Part shown: piece by piece, positions 63,422 to 64,000 of the stretch
Numbering within the stretch: position 1 is the first letter of the stretch
How the letters are laid out: each line of letters starts with the position of its first letter
NCBI GenBank assembly: GCA_023205875.1
Contig: CP060755.1
Location: 1,178,001 to 1,242,000, forward strand
Reading direction: 5' to 3'
Source: Chloropicon primus
Taxonomy: Eukaryota
Length of the DNA: 64,000 nucleotides
Made by a program: the position numbers and the translations under genes
The notes under the pieces: generated by a model
What the model was told of the DNA's origin: nothing
Databases searched by the model: none
The model's input: only the letters and a program-made list of their open reading frames with translations

Positions 63422-63446
63422 AATAGTTGTACAACATTTTGTTTCT

Positions 63447-64000
63447 TTATTCTTCTTCTTTGGCGCTCCCGCTTCGGCTTCTCGAGTTCACTCCTCTGGC
63501 TCTCCTCAGCTTTCCTCTCAACTTCTCGTACAGCTGCTCATCCGTGCGGGACACGCTAGGCTTCACATTGGCGAGAGCAGTTTTCAGGTGGCCTTCTCCG
63601 ACGGCCAGGGCGTCGCTCTTGAGCGCAGCGACAGCGGATTCTCGCACCAAGGCCGCAATATCTGCTCCGCTAAAGCCGCTGCAAGCATCGCTCGCCAAGA
63701 CGCTCTTCCAGTCCAGACCTGGTTGCACAGGAACCTTTTGAAGGCACGTCTCCATGATGGAGACCCTTTCCCCTCCCTTTGGGAGGGGCACGTACAACAG
63801 CTTGTCCAGTCTCCCCGGGCGAAGCAAGGCGGGATCGATGATGTCAGGGCGATTCGTGGTGGCGATCAGGTAAACCTGCGACCTGCTATCTGTGCCGTCC
63901 ATCTCGGTCAACAGCATGTTGACCACCCTCTCTGACGCCGCATTCCCGCTGTCTCCTCCGCGCCGAGGAGCAAGGGCGTCGAGCTCATCGAAGAACAGCA
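63447..64000 (-). CDS. NVL: CDC48-family AAA ATPase, NVL/Rix7-like; C-terminal part only
   Basis: FFDELDALAPRR, ERVVNMLLTEMDG, ATTNRPDIIDPALLRPGRLDKLLYVPLP and GFSGADIAALVRE. Continues beyond the window. Confidence 0.85.
   Translation of the reverse strand, partial: LFFDELDALAPRRGGDSGNAASERVVNMLLTEMDGTDSRSQVYLIATTNRPDIIDPALLRPGRLDKLLYVPLPKGGERVSIMETCLQKVPVQPGLDWKSVLASDACSGFSGADIAALVRESAVAALKSDALAVGEGHLKTALANVKPSVSRTDEQLYEKLRGKLRRARGVNSRSRSGSAKEEE

Overview
Gene-dense eukaryotic nuclear DNA from a compact, GC-rich green picoalga. The evidence is short GT-AG introns with CTRAC-type branch sites, TGTAA-type 3' signals, plastid-targeted proteins and a double-AP2 transcription factor. The style suggests a Chloropicon-like coccoid chlorophyte, but that assignment is inference. 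The window holds about 28 protein genes and one intron-containing tRNA-Leu(CAA). Housekeeping genes include AP-1 gamma, two Tas-like aldo-keto reductases, SPF27, FAM98, ATP synthase g, a TBC RabGAP, MRG, TAM41, an SDR, URM1, UGD, SmF, RPLP2, seipin, Ycf20-like, TTC4, plastid FBA, TAF11 and NVL. A set of intact ciliary/centriolar genes is also present: CC2D2A, FAM221-like, a possible kizuna-like gene, and an inner-arm dynein heavy chain head-to-head with CFAP46. The most unusual features are a TGATG stop-start overlap (or 5-nt duplication) splitting a 52-aa ORF off the TBC gene, a ~93-bp foldback element with flanking direct repeats, an unexplained ~1.3-kb island abutting the tRNA terminator, and a lone Gag-like ORF. 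No CRISPR array or rRNA was seen. All homology calls are from motif recognition by eye, not database searches.
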